Positions 17,701 through 27,237 of a DNA stretch of 34,049 bases are shown here, piece by piece. How positions within the stretch are numbered: position 1 is the first letter of the stretch; every line of letters begins with the position of its first letter. The translations under genes and the position numbers were made by a program. The notes beneath the pieces were generated by a model that saw nothing but the letters and a program-made list of their open reading frames with translations, did no database searches and was not told the origin of the DNA. Source of the DNA: Alphaproteobacteria bacterium (GTDB taxonomy: Bacteria; Pseudomonadota; Alphaproteobacteria; Micavibrionales; Micavibrionaceae); contig JAESUK010000093.1 in assembly GCA_016763095.1 (NCBI GenBank), positions 1 to 34,049 of the forward strand, read 5' to 3'.

Positions 17701-18873
17701 ATGGATAAAAAGACCCCTGATTTTCTGAAAATACAGAGTTTAATAGATTTGTTTTCTATACTGGACACAGAAGAATGTTCGATGTTGCGCATTGTCGGGG
17801 GGGCTGTGCGCAATTGTCTTATGGGTCTTCCTATCACTGACATTGATCTTGCTACAGTATGGACGCCAGAGGATGTTACTCAAAAATGTAGACAAGCAGG
17901 CTTAAAGGTTATCCCCACAGGTGTTGATCATGGCACGGTTACGGTTATATCGGGTGGTGATAGCTATGAGATTACGACCCTTCGCAAAGATGTTGAAACG
18001 GATGGACGGCGTGCAGTTGTTACATTTACGCATTTGTGGGAAGAGGATGCTGTAAGGCGTGACTTTACGGTGAATGCCCTTTATATGGGGCTTGATGGTG
18101 AGGTTTTTGATCCGTTGGAGACTGGCGTAAATGATATCATGGTACGTGCTATCCGTTTTATTGGAGACGGTTCAACTCGTATTAAAGAAGATGCCTTACG
18201 TATCTTACGGTTTTATAGGTTCTATGCACAATATGGAGTAGGAGATTTGAATGCGCGCAGTGTACAAGCTTGCCGTGAACATGTTGAGTTGTTGCAAACC
18301 CTTTCTAAAGAGCGTGTTACAGAGGAATTGTTAAAGATATGCTCTGTGGATAATCCTGTGGATATCTTTGAAATAATGCGAGATAACAATGTGTTCTCTA
18401 CGTTAAATAACTTTATACCTAACCTAAACCTTCTAATACATATCGTTCCTTTGCAAAAACAATATGATATACGAAATGTACTTTCAATTCTTTTTTGTGT
18501 GTTGGGTTGCGCGGCTCAAGATATGGCTTCTTTTTTAGCATTGAGCAAGAAGCAGAAGAGCTTTTTGATAGGGCTGGAAAAAGGATGTGCAGACAAGACT
18601 CTGCCGTTGAAACAGGTTCTTTATAAATATGGTTATGATTTAGGCCTGCAGATTTTGTTGCTTAAACATGAAAGCGAAGAGGATATCTCTTTTGCGAAGA
18701 CGTGGGATATCCCTTTATTCCCAATAAAGGGACAAGACCTTCTGGATTGTGGTGTAAAGGTAGGTCCTGAGGTTGGTGTGCGGTTGATGGAGGTTGAACA
18801 ATGGTGGGTTGATCTGGATTTTCAACCAAATCGTGAGACATGTCTGGCTCAAGTTAAGGTTAAATCCATTTAG
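17701..18873 (+). CDS. cca: CCA tRNA nucleotidyltransferase / poly(A) polymerase family protein
   Basis: 'RIVGGAVRNCLMGLPITDIDLAT', 'GVDHGTVTV', 'EITTLRKDVETDGRRA' and 'EDAVRRDFTVNALY' are class II nucleotidyltransferase head motifs. 390 aa. Confidence 0.88.
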   Translation: MDKKTPDFLKIQSLIDLFSILDTEECSMLRIVGGAVRNCLMGLPITDIDLATVWTPEDVTQKCRQAGLKVIPTGVDHGTVTVISGGDSYEITTLRKDVETDGRRAVVTFTHLWEEDAVRRDFTVNALYMGLDGEVFDPLETGVNDIMVRAIRFIGDGSTRIKEDALRILRFYRFYAQYGVGDLNARSVQACREHVELLQTLSKERVTEELLKICSVDNPVDIFEIMRDNNVFSTLNNFIPNLNLLIHIVPLQKQYDIRNVLSILFCVLGCAAQDMASFLALSKKQKSFLIGLEKGCADKTLPLKQVLYKYGYDLGLQILLLKHESEEDISFAKTWDIPLFPIKGQDLLDCGVKVGPEVGVRLMEVEQWWVDLDFQPNRETCLAQVKVKSI

Positions 18874-19723
18874 CTTCTGGGGGCATAGACATTAAAATTG
18901 CGTCTGTGTTACCGCCTGTTTTTAAACCAAACTGTGTGCCTCTGTCATAGAGAAGGTTAAACTCTGCATAGCGCCCACGTTTGATGAGTTGTTTATCTTT
19001 GTTCTCTTCGTTCCATTCTGTCTCCATGCGTCGACGCACGATTTCTGAAAATGTGGTGTTGAACGTTTTTCCTACATCTTGTGTGAAGTTGAAATTCTTT
19101 TCCCAGTCCGTGTCTAGGTAGTCATAGAAGATGCCTCCAATTCCGCGTGGCTCGTTGCGATGAGGGAGGAAGAAGTATTCGTCACACCATTTTTTGAATT
19201 TTGGGTGGTATTCAGGATCGTGGCGATCACAACAATCTTTGAGGTTCTTGTGAAACCCCTTTGTATCCTCATCAAATTCAAAAGTAGGCGTTAGGTCTGC
19301 TCCACCGCCAAACCAACATTTAGATGTTGAAATCATGCGCGTGTTCATATGTACGGCAGGTACAAACGGGTTTTTCATGTGTGCGACAAGGGAAACACCA
19401 CTGGCCCAAAAATCTCCATTGCTTTCTTCTGCACCAGGAATCTTGGCGCGAAATTCTTCGCTAAATGTACCGTATACAGTTGAAATGTTCACACCAATTT
19501 TTTCGAAAATTCCTCCACGCATGACGGATATTTCTCCACCACCCTTAAGAATACTTCCCGATGCGTTTGGGCTATCGCTATCTTCTCTATCCCACAGTGT
19601 GCGCTCAAAAGAGGCACCATTTGGTTCAATGCTCTCGAATTCGTCACAGATTTGATTGCGAATATCTTTGAACCATTTTGTCGCACGTTTTTTTTTGTCT
19701 TCTATGTTCATTTTAATGCTCAT
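18860..19723 (-). CDS. hemF: Oxygen-dependent coproporphyrinogen-III oxidase
   Basis: 'GGGEISVMRGGIFEKIGVNISTVYG', 'FWASGVSLVAHMKNPFVPAVHMNTR', 'WFGGGADLTP', 'YFFLPHRNEPRGIGGIFYDYL' and 'RGRYAEFNLLYDRGTQFGL' are HemF signatures. ATGA overlap with the trmL stop. Confidence 0.95.
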   Translation of the reverse strand: MSIKMNIEDKKKRATKWFKDIRNQICDEFESIEPNGASFERTLWDREDSDSPNASGSILKGGGEISVMRGGIFEKIGVNISTVYGTFSEEFRAKIPGAEESNGDFWASGVSLVAHMKNPFVPAVHMNTRMISTSKCWFGGGADLTPTFEFDEDTKGFHKNLKDCCDRHDPEYHPKFKKWCDEYFFLPHRNEPRGIGGIFYDYLDTDWEKNFNFTQDVGKTFNTTFSEIVRRRMETEWNEENKDKQLIKRGRYAEFNLLYDRGTQFGLKTGGNTDAILMSMPPEAKWI

Positions 19724-20172
19724 TTTTGTCTTAGTTGACGGAGGGCTTCGCCTAATACCATTGCCGCGGAATTGATAACATTTAGTGATCGCATCTGTCC
19801 ATACATTGGGATGATGACGCGTTCATCAGCGCAAGCGTGTACCTCATCGGGAGCCCCTGCGCTTTCACGCCCAAGAAGGAGGGTGTCTCCGTCTTGGTAC
19901 TTTACGTCAGTGTAGGGAACGGATGCTTTTGTTGTAAGGAGGATTAACCGTCCTTTTCGTGTTTCGTTGTAGTTTTTCCATCCAGAAAATTTTGTGAGTT
20001 TTACATGATCACGGTAGTCCATGCCTGAGCGTTTAAATTCATTGTCTCTCCATGCAAAACCACAGGGCTCAATAACGTGCATGTTGACATCAAGACAGGC
20101 GCAAAGGCGCATGGCTGCCCCTACATTTTGAGGGATGTCTGGTTGGTAGAATGCGAGATTAATATTTGTCAT
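19720..20172 (-). CDS. trmL: tRNA (cytidine/uridine34-2'-O)-methyltransferase TrmL (SpoU/TrmH family)
   Basis: 150 aa. 'LAFYQPDIPQNVGAAMRLCACLDVNMHVIEP', 'LLLGRESAGAP' and 'IPMYGQMRSLNVINSAAMVLGEALRQ' match the three SPOUT motifs of TrmL. Confidence 0.88.
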   Translation of the reverse strand: MTNINLAFYQPDIPQNVGAAMRLCACLDVNMHVIEPCGFAWRDNEFKRSGMDYRDHVKLTKFSGWKNYNETRKGRLILLTTKASVPYTDVKYQDGDTLLLGRESAGAPDEVHACADERVIIPMYGQMRSLNVINSAAMVLGEALRQLRQK

Positions 20173-20326
20173 GATAAAAATTTAAAAAACCTAAGTAAAA
20201 ACTTGTTCAATGAGGATAAAACTTCTATTTATCAGTTGCTAACTTGAAGCAAATAACAAATAATGTTATTCGCCTTAGAGTGCAAGAATTAAACATCAAA
20301 AAACAATGGCTTTGAAGATTTAAACT

Positions 20327-20875
20327 ATGAGTACATCACCAGAAGATACCAAACCAGTTCAAGACGAAACTAAACGCGATTTCCTTTATTTAACAGCTGC
20401 CTCAATGGGCGCAGTTGCTGCGGGAAGCGTTGTTTGGCCGCTTGTTGATCAAATGAACCCCTCCGCTGATACTTTGGCGCTTTCAACAACAGAGGCTGAT
20501 TTGTCTGCTGTTCAAGAAGGGCAGTCGATTACAGTTATGTGGCGCGGTGCGCCAGTGTTTATTCGGCGCAGGACGGTTACAGAAATTGAAGAGGCGCGCG
20601 CCGTTGATGTTTCAACGCTTCGTGATAAAGAAACAGATGAACAGCGTGCGAAGCGACCTGAGTGGCTTATTATGACAGGTATTTGTACGCATCTTGGGTG
20701 TGTTCCTTTGGGACAAAAACAAGGAGATCAGAAAGGTGAGTATGGTGGTTGGTTCTGCCCATGTCATGGTTCACACTATGATACGGCTGGACGCATTCGT
20801 AAGGGGCCTGCGCCTAAGAATCTTGTGATTCCTCCTTATGAGTTTTTAACTGAAACAACGATTAAAATTGGATAA
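20327..20875 (+). CDS. petA: Ubiquinol-cytochrome c reductase Rieske iron-sulfur subunit
   Basis: Tat-like N-terminus '[33 protein letters not shown]' and Rieske boxes 'CTHLGCVP' and 'CPCHGSHY'. Confidence 0.96.
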   Translation: MSTSPEDTKPVQDETKRDFLYLTAASMGAVAAGSVVWPLVDQMNPSADTLALSTTEADLSAVQEGQSITVMWRGAPVFIRRRTVTEIEEARAVDVSTLRDKETDEQRAKRPEWLIMTGICTHLGCVPLGQKQGDQKGEYGGWFCPCHGSHYDTAGRIRKGPAPKNLVIPPYEFLTETTIKIG

Positions 20876-20882
20876 GTAGATT

Positions 20883-22346
20883 ATGGCTAGTGGAAAAAGA
20901 GAACAGTTTGAGAATCCCGTGGTTGAGTGGGTTGATTCCCGTCTTCCAATTTTTACAATGATGCAGAAGGAATACGGTGTATTCCCAACGCCTAAGAATT
21001 TCAACTATTTCTGGAACTTTGGTGCGATCGCGATGTTTATGCTGATTACCATGATTGTTTCAGGAATTGTTCTTGCAATGCATTACACGGCGCATAGCAC
21101 ACTCGCATTTGATAGTGTTGAGCATATTATGCGTGATGTGTACTATGGGTGGCTTCTTCGTTATATCCATGCGAACGGCGCATCGTTCTTCTTTATTGCT
21201 GTTTATATCCATCTTTACCGTGGACTTTATTATGGGTCTTATAAGAAGCCCCGTGAACTGCTCTGGATTTTAGGGGTTGCGATCTTCTTGTTGATGATGG
21301 CAACTGCGTTTATGGGGTACGTGCTTCCTTGGGGGCAAATGAGCTTCTGGGGTGCGCAAGTTATCACAAGCTTTTTCTCTGCCATTCCGGGCGTAGGGGA
21401 GAGCATTGTTGTTTGGTTGCGTGGTGGTTTTTCATTGGATAACCCAACGTTGAATCGGTTCTTCTCGCTTCATTACCTTCTTCCGTTTGTAATTGTTGGT
21501 GTGGTGTTCCTTCATATTTGGGCATTACATGTTACAGGATCTAATAATCCAGAAGGTGTAGAGCCAAAGACAAAAAAAGATACTTTGCCGTTTCACCCTT
21601 ATTACACAATGAAAGATACATTTGGCTTGATGGCGTTTGTTACAATATACGCAGTGTTTGTTTTCTTCTTCCCAAATTCTTTGGGACATGCAGATAACTA
21701 TATTCCCGCAAACCCAATTGTAACGCCTGCGCATATTGTGCCTGAATGGTACTTCTTACCGTTCTATGCGATTTTGCGTGCGTTCACGTTTGGTGTGAAT
21801 GCCTACCTTCTTGTTGGTTTAGGGCTTGCCGCCGTAGCGTTTTATCCGTTGTTCACGAAAAAGAAGGGCTCTGAAATAAGCCTTATTCTTATGGCTGGAA
21901 TTATGGTCTTCTCAGGCGCGTTCCTTTTGGCTGGGTACTTTTCTCAGCTTGAGCTAGATTCAGGGGCTAAAGCGCTTGTGCTTCCTTATAGTGATGCATT
22001 TGTTGATGCTAAGCTGTGTGGTGTTCTTGCCATGTTTGGTTCGATTGCCTTACTGTTTGTTCTTCCTTTCCTTGATACACATCCAGTACGAAGCGCGCGT
22101 TATCGTCCTTGGTTTAAGATCGGTGTTTTGCTTCTTGTTGTAGATGTTGCAATTTTGACAGTGTGTGGTGCAAAACCTGCGGAAGGTTTCTGGGTTCCTT
22201 TGTCACAAGTGTCCATGCTTTACTACATGGGGTTCTTTGTTGTTGGGATTCCATTCTTAAGTAAGTTTGAGCCTATTCGTGATTTGCCAAAGAGTATCCA
22301 TCAGTCGGTGCTTGCTAAACCACAAAAAATAGTGGTGAAGGGATAA
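20883..22346 (+). CDS. petB: Cytochrome b (bc1 complex), long form with an internal hydrophobic insertion
   Basis: '[12 protein letters not shown]', '[13 protein letters not shown]', '[16 protein letters not shown]', '[11 protein letters not shown]' and '[17 protein letters not shown]' are cytochrome b signatures that include the heme-ligand His residues. At 487 aa it is longer than usual. Confidence 0.96.
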   Translation: MASGKREQFENPVVEWVDSRLPIFTMMQKEYGVFPTPKNFNYFWNFGAIAMFMLITMIVSGIVLAMHYTAHSTLAFDSVEHIMRDVYYGWLLRYIHANGASFFFIAVYIHLYRGLYYGSYKKPRELLWILGVAIFLLMMATAFMGYVLPWGQMSFWGAQVITSFFSAIPGVGESIVVWLRGGFSLDNPTLNRFFSLHYLLPFVIVGVVFLHIWALHVTGSNNPEGVEPKTKKDTLPFHPYYTMKDTFGLMAFVTIYAVFVFFFPNSLGHADNYIPANPIVTPAHIVPEWYFLPFYAILRAFTFGVNAYLLVGLGLAAVAFYPLFTKKKGSEISLILMAGIMVFSGAFLLAGYFSQLELDSGAKALVLPYSDAFVDAKLCGVLAMFGSIALLFVLPFLDTHPVRSARYRPWFKIGVLLLVVDVAILTVCGAKPAEGFWVPLSQVSMLYYMGFFVVGIPFLSKFEPIRDLPKSIHQSVLAKPQKIVVKG

Positions 22347-22351
22347 TACAG

Positions 22352-23113
22352 ATGAAACATTTTTTACTCTCTCTTGTTGTTATTGTATCGTTCTCAAGTG
22401 CACCTGTGCTTGCAAGTAATGATGGGGTATCTCTTCCTCATGGGCATTGGTCTTTTGATGGTGCAATGGGAACGTATGATAAAGCGGCGATGCAACGTGG
22501 GCTTAAGGTCTACCAAAATGTATGTGCTTCTTGTCATTCATTGAAGCGGATTTACTTCCGTAACTTGGCGGACCTTGGGTATAACGAAGCGCAAATTAAA
22601 ACGATTGCGGGCGAGTATACGGTTGAAGATGGTCCGAACGGAGAAGGCGAAATGTATGATCGTACGGCAAGACCAAGCGATGCGTTTGTTAACCCTTATG
22701 CGAACAAAGAGGCGGCTACGTATGCTAATAGCGGCGCATTTCCTCCTGACTTGTCTTTGATTACAAAGGCGCGTTCTGGTGGGGCTAACTATCTCTTTGG
22801 TTTGATGACGGGCTACGATGATGCGCCAGAGGGAACTGAATTGCTTGATAACCAATATTGGAATAAATACATGGCGGGTCATGTTATTGCGATGCCTCCG
22901 CCATTGTCCGATGGTTTGGTGTCTTATGAAGATGGTTCGCCTGAGACAATTGAACAGTATGCTAAAGATGTCTCACATTTCTTAACGTGGGCGGCTGAGC
23001 CTGAAATGGAACAGCGTAAGCGTATGGGGTTGAAAGTTGTCTTATATCTCCTTATTTTCACGGCTGTTTTATACGGTGTGAAAAGAAGAATTTGGGCAAA
23101 CGTAAAAAAATAG
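22352..23113 (+). CDS. petC: Cytochrome c1
   Basis: Signal peptide, heme motif 'CASCHS', 'PPDLSLI', 'MPPPL' and a C-terminal TM anchor 'LKVVLYLLIFTAVLYGVKRRIW'. It directly follows petB. Confidence 0.93.
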   Translation: MKHFLLSLVVIVSFSSAPVLASNDGVSLPHGHWSFDGAMGTYDKAAMQRGLKVYQNVCASCHSLKRIYFRNLADLGYNEAQIKTIAGEYTVEDGPNGEGEMYDRTARPSDAFVNPYANKEAATYANSGAFPPDLSLITKARSGGANYLFGLMTGYDDAPEGTELLDNQYWNKYMAGHVIAMPPPLSDGLVSYEDGSPETIEQYAKDVSHFLTWAAEPEMEQRKRMGLKVVLYLLIFTAVLYGVKRRIWANVKK

Positions 23114-23124
23114 TAAGATAAGCT

Positions 23125-23676
23125 ATGAATGACTCACAAAAAGATATCCTAAATTTCTGGTTTGAAGAAAGCCAGCCTCAACAATGGTTTCAAAAGAACC
23201 CAGCGTTCGATGAACTTATTCGTTCGCGCTTTCTTGAGGTTTATGAAATTGCGCGCCAAGGTGCATTGAACGATTGGAAGAATGATGGGGATGGCGTTTT
23301 AAGTCTTTGTATTCTTCTTGATCAATTTCCACGTAATATGTTTCGTGGCTCGGCGCAATCCTTTGCAACGGATGCTCAAGCTTTATTGATTGCGAAGTAC
23401 GCTTTGAGCAAAGGTTTAGATCAAGTCGTTAGCCCTGCTAAACGTCGCTTTGTGTATCTCCCATTTGAGCATAGTGAACACTTACAAGATCAGAGAAAAT
23501 CTGTTGAGCTTTTTGAAACAATGAAAGCGACTGACCCTCTGGGGCATGAATATGCATTGCGTCACCTTGAGATTGTTGAGAAGTATGGGCGTTTTCCACA
23601 CAGAAATAATATTCTAGGGCGCGAAAATACACCAGAGGAAGAAATCTATATGTCCCAAGTCGGCAGTGGGTTTTAA
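23125..23676 (+). CDS. DUF924 family protein
   Basis: 'ILNFWFEE...QWFQKNPAFDELIRSRF', 'ILLDQFPRNMFRGSAQSFATD', 'RFVYLPFEHSE' and 'RHLEIVEKYGRFPHRNNILGRENTPEE' match the conserved DUF924 (YbaA-like) pattern as I remember it. Confidence 0.8.
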   Translation: MNDSQKDILNFWFEESQPQQWFQKNPAFDELIRSRFLEVYEIARQGALNDWKNDGDGVLSLCILLDQFPRNMFRGSAQSFATDAQALLIAKYALSKGLDQVVSPAKRRFVYLPFEHSEHLQDQRKSVELFETMKATDPLGHEYALRHLEIVEKYGRFPHRNNILGRENTPEEEIYMSQVGSGF

Positions 23677-23722
23677 TACTTGTCTACTATACTCCTGAGC
23701 GAAATACGCTATACTCGCTTTC

Positions 23723-25375
23723 ATGACTCCAACTCTTTTCTTTATAAATATTATCGGTGGCGTAAGCTTATTATTATATGGGCTTCGCTTGGTGCGTTTA
23801 GGTGTAACACGTGGATTTGGAGTTTCTCTCCGTAAAGTTCTTGAACGTGGGACGAAAAATCGTTTTCTCTCTTTATTCTCAGGTCTTATTGTTACGATGT
23901 TTTTGCAAAGCTCGACGGCAACGACGATGCTTATTTCTGGATTTGTTGGGCGAGGATTGATCACGGTTGTTGCAGGACTTGCTGTCATTCTAGGCGCAGA
24001 TATTGGAACGACACTTGTTGCACAACTCCTTGTCTTTGATGTTTCTTGGTTGGCGCCACTTTTGATTGCCGTAGGTTATTTTCTCCATTCATCTACAAGT
24101 AATACAGGGCGTAGGAAGCAATTCGGACGAATGTTTTTAGGACTGGGCATGATGCTCATGGCACTTAGCTGGATTAAAATGTCGGCGCTTCCTTTAAGAG
24201 AGTCTGGTGACCTTCCCATATTGTTGCATGCGTTGGAAAATGACCCGCTTATGGGGCTGTTTGTAGCTATTCTTCTTACGTGGATTGTTCATTCTTCATT
24301 GGCTGTTGTCCTTCTTGTTGCCTCTTTTTTTGGCGCGGGCTTGATCCCATTGGATTTGGCAGCGTTACTCGTGTTGGGTGCAAATATTGGGAATGTTATT
24401 GCACCAATGATGGCTGCGCGTGGGGATCATGCAGATGCACAACGTATTCCTGTCGGAAATTTAGTGATGCGCATTATTGGTGTGGCGCTTGTCTTCCCGT
24501 TCTTGCCGTACCTAATGGAACTATTGATCTCATACGTTGGTGAAGATGAACGTATGATTATTCATTTTCATACGGCGTTTAATGTTGGTTTAGCCATTAT
24601 ATTCTTGCCTCTTATTGGTTTTATTGCACCTCTTACAGCATCTTTTGTGCCTGAAACGCTCAAATCTAAAGATAAGTCTGCACCTCTATACTTGAATGAG
24701 AAAGATGTTGAAGCGCCTTCTCTTGCTTTGATAGGTGCTTCTCGGGAAACCCTTCGTTTGGCCGATATGACAGAAAATATGGTTAAGACGTGTATGAAGG
24801 CGTTGGTCAATAATGATATACGTGCGTTGAACCGTGTTAAGAAAATGGATGACCAAATTGACATCCTTTATAAAAAAATAAAACATTACATGGCGCGTAT
24901 GGCACAGACAGCCATGACAGAAGAAGAGGGAGATCGTCACTTTCAAACGCTTACATTTGCAACAAATCTTGAGCATATTGGGGATATCGTTGATAAAAAT
25001 CTTATTCCTGTTGTTCAACGCAAAATTAAAGATCAAAAGCAATTTTCTAAGGCAGGTTTTAAAGAAATATCGGCTCTGTTTGAGATGGTTTTGAGTAGTG
25101 TAAAATTGGCACAATCCGTTTATATCTCAAATGATTTGGTGTTGGCACGTCAAATGATTGAGGATAAAGGAATTATTAAGCGTGCAGAAACGAAAACAAA
25201 CAGAGCACATATGCGTCGTATTACGGATCAGGTTCCAGAAGCACTTGATACATCAAGCTTACACATGGATCTGACGCGAGATCTTCGACGCATTAATAGT
25301 TTGATTACGTCTGTTGCATATCCAATTGTTGATAGAGAGTCAGAGAGAGAAAAAAATGACACAGCAGGTACATGA
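23723..25375 (+). CDS. Na+/phosphate cotransporter family protein with C-terminal PhoU-like repeats
   Basis: N-terminal polytopic domain with duplicated 'LQSSTATT...' and 'VHSSLAVV...GANIG' Na/Pi-cotransporter repeats. The C-terminal helical region ('HFQTLTFATNLEHIGDIV', 'LHMDLTRDLRRINSLI') is typical of PhoU domains. Confidence 0.85.
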   Translation: MTPTLFFINIIGGVSLLLYGLRLVRLGVTRGFGVSLRKVLERGTKNRFLSLFSGLIVTMFLQSSTATTMLISGFVGRGLITVVAGLAVILGADIGTTLVAQLLVFDVSWLAPLLIAVGYFLHSSTSNTGRRKQFGRMFLGLGMMLMALSWIKMSALPLRESGDLPILLHALENDPLMGLFVAILLTWIVHSSLAVVLLVASFFGAGLIPLDLAALLVLGANIGNVIAPMMAARGDHADAQRIPVGNLVMRIIGVALVFPFLPYLMELLISYVGEDERMIIHFHTAFNVGLAIIFLPLIGFIAPLTASFVPETLKSKDKSAPLYLNEKDVEAPSLALIGASRETLRLADMTENMVKTCMKALVNNDIRALNRVKKMDDQIDILYKKIKHYMARMAQTAMTEEEGDRHFQTLTFATNLEHIGDIVDKNLIPVVQRKIKDQKQFSKAGFKEISALFEMVLSSVKLAQSVYISNDLVLARQMIEDKGIIKRAETKTNRAHMRRITDQVPEALDTSSLHMDLTRDLRRINSLITSVAYPIVDRESEREKNDTAGT

Positions 25376-26870
25376 TCTCCTAAGTTCATTAGGTGTTTCC
25401 CCTTCATCTGAGGGAGGTATTATCTCTTATAGCCCGATTGATGGAAGCCTTATTGGCGCAATTCAATCAAATAGTATCGAAGATGTGGCGTTGATGACGG
25501 TGCGTGCTCAGAAAGCGTTCTTACAATGGCGTGAAATTCCTGCACCTGTGCGTGGGGAGCTTGTACGTTTGTTTGGGGACGAGCTTCGAAATGCAAAAGA
25601 ATCGCTCGGTGCACTTGTTACATGGGAGTGTGGCAAGATCTTGAGCGAAGGCTATGGCGAAGTTCAAGAGATGATTGATATCTGTGACTTTGCGGTTGGA
25701 CTGTCGCGTCAATTATATGGGAAAACAATTGTGTCTGAACGTCCTCAGCATCACATGCGGGAGCTGTGGCATTCTCTTGGACCTGTTGGTGTGATTTCTT
25801 CTTTTAACTTTCCTGTCGCTGTATGGGCGTGGAATTCTGCGCTTGCCTTTGTTTGTGGTAATTCTGTGATTTGGAAGCCATCTGAAAAAACACCGTTTGT
25901 GGCGTTGGCATGTGACGTTATTTTTAAAAAAGCGGTGAGCCGTTTTAAAGCTATGGGGCATGATGTTCCAGATGATCTGTTCCAGTTACTTCAAGGGGGA
26001 CGTGATGTCTCTGAGGCGCTTGTACATAGCGAGGGTGTGCCTTTGATTAGTGCAACGGGAAGCACGGAAATGGGGAGGTCTGTTTATCAAAATGTATCTA
26101 AGCGCTTTGGGCGATGTCTTCTTGAGCTTGGTGGAAATAACGCGATGATCCTTGCCCCATCTGCTGATATGGATATGGCGTTGAAAGCGGCTGTATTTAG
26201 TGCTGTTGGGACGGCTGGGCAACGTTGTACAAGTTTGCGCCGTTTGATTGTTCATAAATCTGTGTCAGAAGATTTTGTGGCTAATATGAAGCATGTGTAT
26301 GAGACTATTTCTATTGGTAATCCGCTCGAGGATGGTGTTCTTATTGGACCATTGATGGATGAAATGGCGTTTGACCAAATGCAGTTGGCTATTGAAAAAT
26401 CTAAAGAACAGGGCGGTACAGTTGTTTGCGGTGGAGACAAGCTAAGCCTAGATGGTTTAATGGAGGGTTTTTATGTTCGTCCTGCGATTATTAAAATGCC
26501 CGCTCAGAGCCAGATTGTTGAGCATGAAACATTTGCGCCAATTCTATATGTTCTTGAATATGATGAACTGAGCGAAGCGATTGATCTTCAAAATGCGGTT
26601 CCTCAGGGGCTGTCGTCATGTATCTTTTCGAATGAGATGAAGGAAACGGAGCTTTTTCTATCAACGATTGGTAGTGATTGTGGGATTGCGAATGTTAATA
26701 TTGGTACAAGTGGTGCCGAAATTGGTGGTGCGTTTGGTGGAGAGAAGGAAACGGGTGGTGGGCGTGAAAGTGGCTCAGGTGCTTGGAAAACTTATATGCG
26801 CCGTCAAACACAGACCATTAATTATTCAAGTGATATTCCATTGGCGCAAGGCGTTCAATTCTCAATATAA
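25356..26870 (+). CDS. Aldehyde dehydrogenase, ALDH7-type (alpha-aminoadipic semialdehyde / piperideine-6-carboxylate dehydrogenase-like)
   Basis: 'FNFPVAVWAWNSALAFVCGNSVIWKPSEKTP', catalytic 'ELGGNNAMIL' and 'GTAGQRCTSLRRLIVH', and 'EHETFAPILYV'. The ATG at 25356 follows an A-rich/GAGAGAGA tract and overlaps the transporter's 3' end by 20 nt. Confidence 0.85.
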   Translation: MTQQVHDLLSSLGVSPSSEGGIISYSPIDGSLIGAIQSNSIEDVALMTVRAQKAFLQWREIPAPVRGELVRLFGDELRNAKESLGALVTWECGKILSEGYGEVQEMIDICDFAVGLSRQLYGKTIVSERPQHHMRELWHSLGPVGVISSFNFPVAVWAWNSALAFVCGNSVIWKPSEKTPFVALACDVIFKKAVSRFKAMGHDVPDDLFQLLQGGRDVSEALVHSEGVPLISATGSTEMGRSVYQNVSKRFGRCLLELGGNNAMILAPSADMDMALKAAVFSAVGTAGQRCTSLRRLIVHKSVSEDFVANMKHVYETISIGNPLEDGVLIGPLMDEMAFDQMQLAIEKSKEQGGTVVCGGDKLSLDGLMEGFYVRPAIIKMPAQSQIVEHETFAPILYVLEYDELSEAIDLQNAVPQGLSSCIFSNEMKETELFLSTIGSDCGIANVNIGTSGAEIGGAFGGEKETGGGRESGSGAWKTYMRRQTQTINYSSDIPLAQGVQFSI

Positions 26871-26984
26871 CCGCGTAAGTTCCTGTCTTTACTCTACGAA
26901 AAATATATGAGATGGCTCTAATTTGTGGCAACTTGAATTTGAGTGTAAACTCCAACCATTATGCATTGATGAAAGGAGTACCGT

Positions 26985-27179
26985 ATGAACACTATATATG
27001 GAGTAGACTCAGAGGTTATGGGTCGTATTTCTGCGTTAAAATCTAGAAAAAATTTCCTTGAGCAGAGGATTAAACTAGAATTAAAAAGACCTTTGCCGAG
27101 TAATGATGTCTTAACACCTTTGAAATTGAATAAGCTTCACATTAAGGAAGAGATATATACTCTTAGTTCTGTGGCGTGA
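26985..27179 (+). CDS. DUF465 (YdcH-like) small protein
   Basis: 64 aa with SD AAAGGAG. 'ISALKSRKNFLEQRIKLELKRPLPSNDVLTPLKLNKLHIKEEIYTL' fits the DUF465 helix pattern (…L..LKK.KL.LKDEI). A terminator follows. Confidence 0.65.
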   Translation: MNTIYGVDSEVMGRISALKSRKNFLEQRIKLELKRPLPSNDVLTPLKLNKLHIKEEIYTLSSVA

Positions 27180-27186
27180 GCAACAA

Positions 27187-27211
27187 AAAAGCCCTCATTG
27201 TGAGGGCTTTT
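27187..27211. terminator. Bidirectional rho-independent terminator
   Basis: AAAAGCCCTCA-TTG-TGAGGGCTTTT is an 11-bp perfect stem (GC core 27191-27197 / 27201-27207). It is flanked by an A-run and a T-run and lies between convergent genes. Confidence 0.75.
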
Positions 27212-27237
27212 CTATGTTCTGTTTGTGTGACTGCTTA

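Noticed and set aside
23687-23716. Duplicated CTATACTC motif upstream of the Na/Pi transporter, possibly -10 boxes for another leaderless start
   Set aside because: I could find no acceptable -35 element at 16-18 nt spacing for either copy, so this is too speculative to list as a promoter.
23614-23988. 124-aa minus-strand ORF spanning the DUF924 / Na-Pi transporter junction
   Set aside because: It overlaps two well-supported plus-strand genes and has a basic, low-complexity translation. It is a shadow ORF.
26668-26910. 80-aa plus-strand ORF overlapping the 3' end of the aldehyde dehydrogenase gene
   Set aside because: It is an alternative frame within a well-supported gene, and its Val/Arg/Lys-rich translation has no start context. 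It is a frame artefact.
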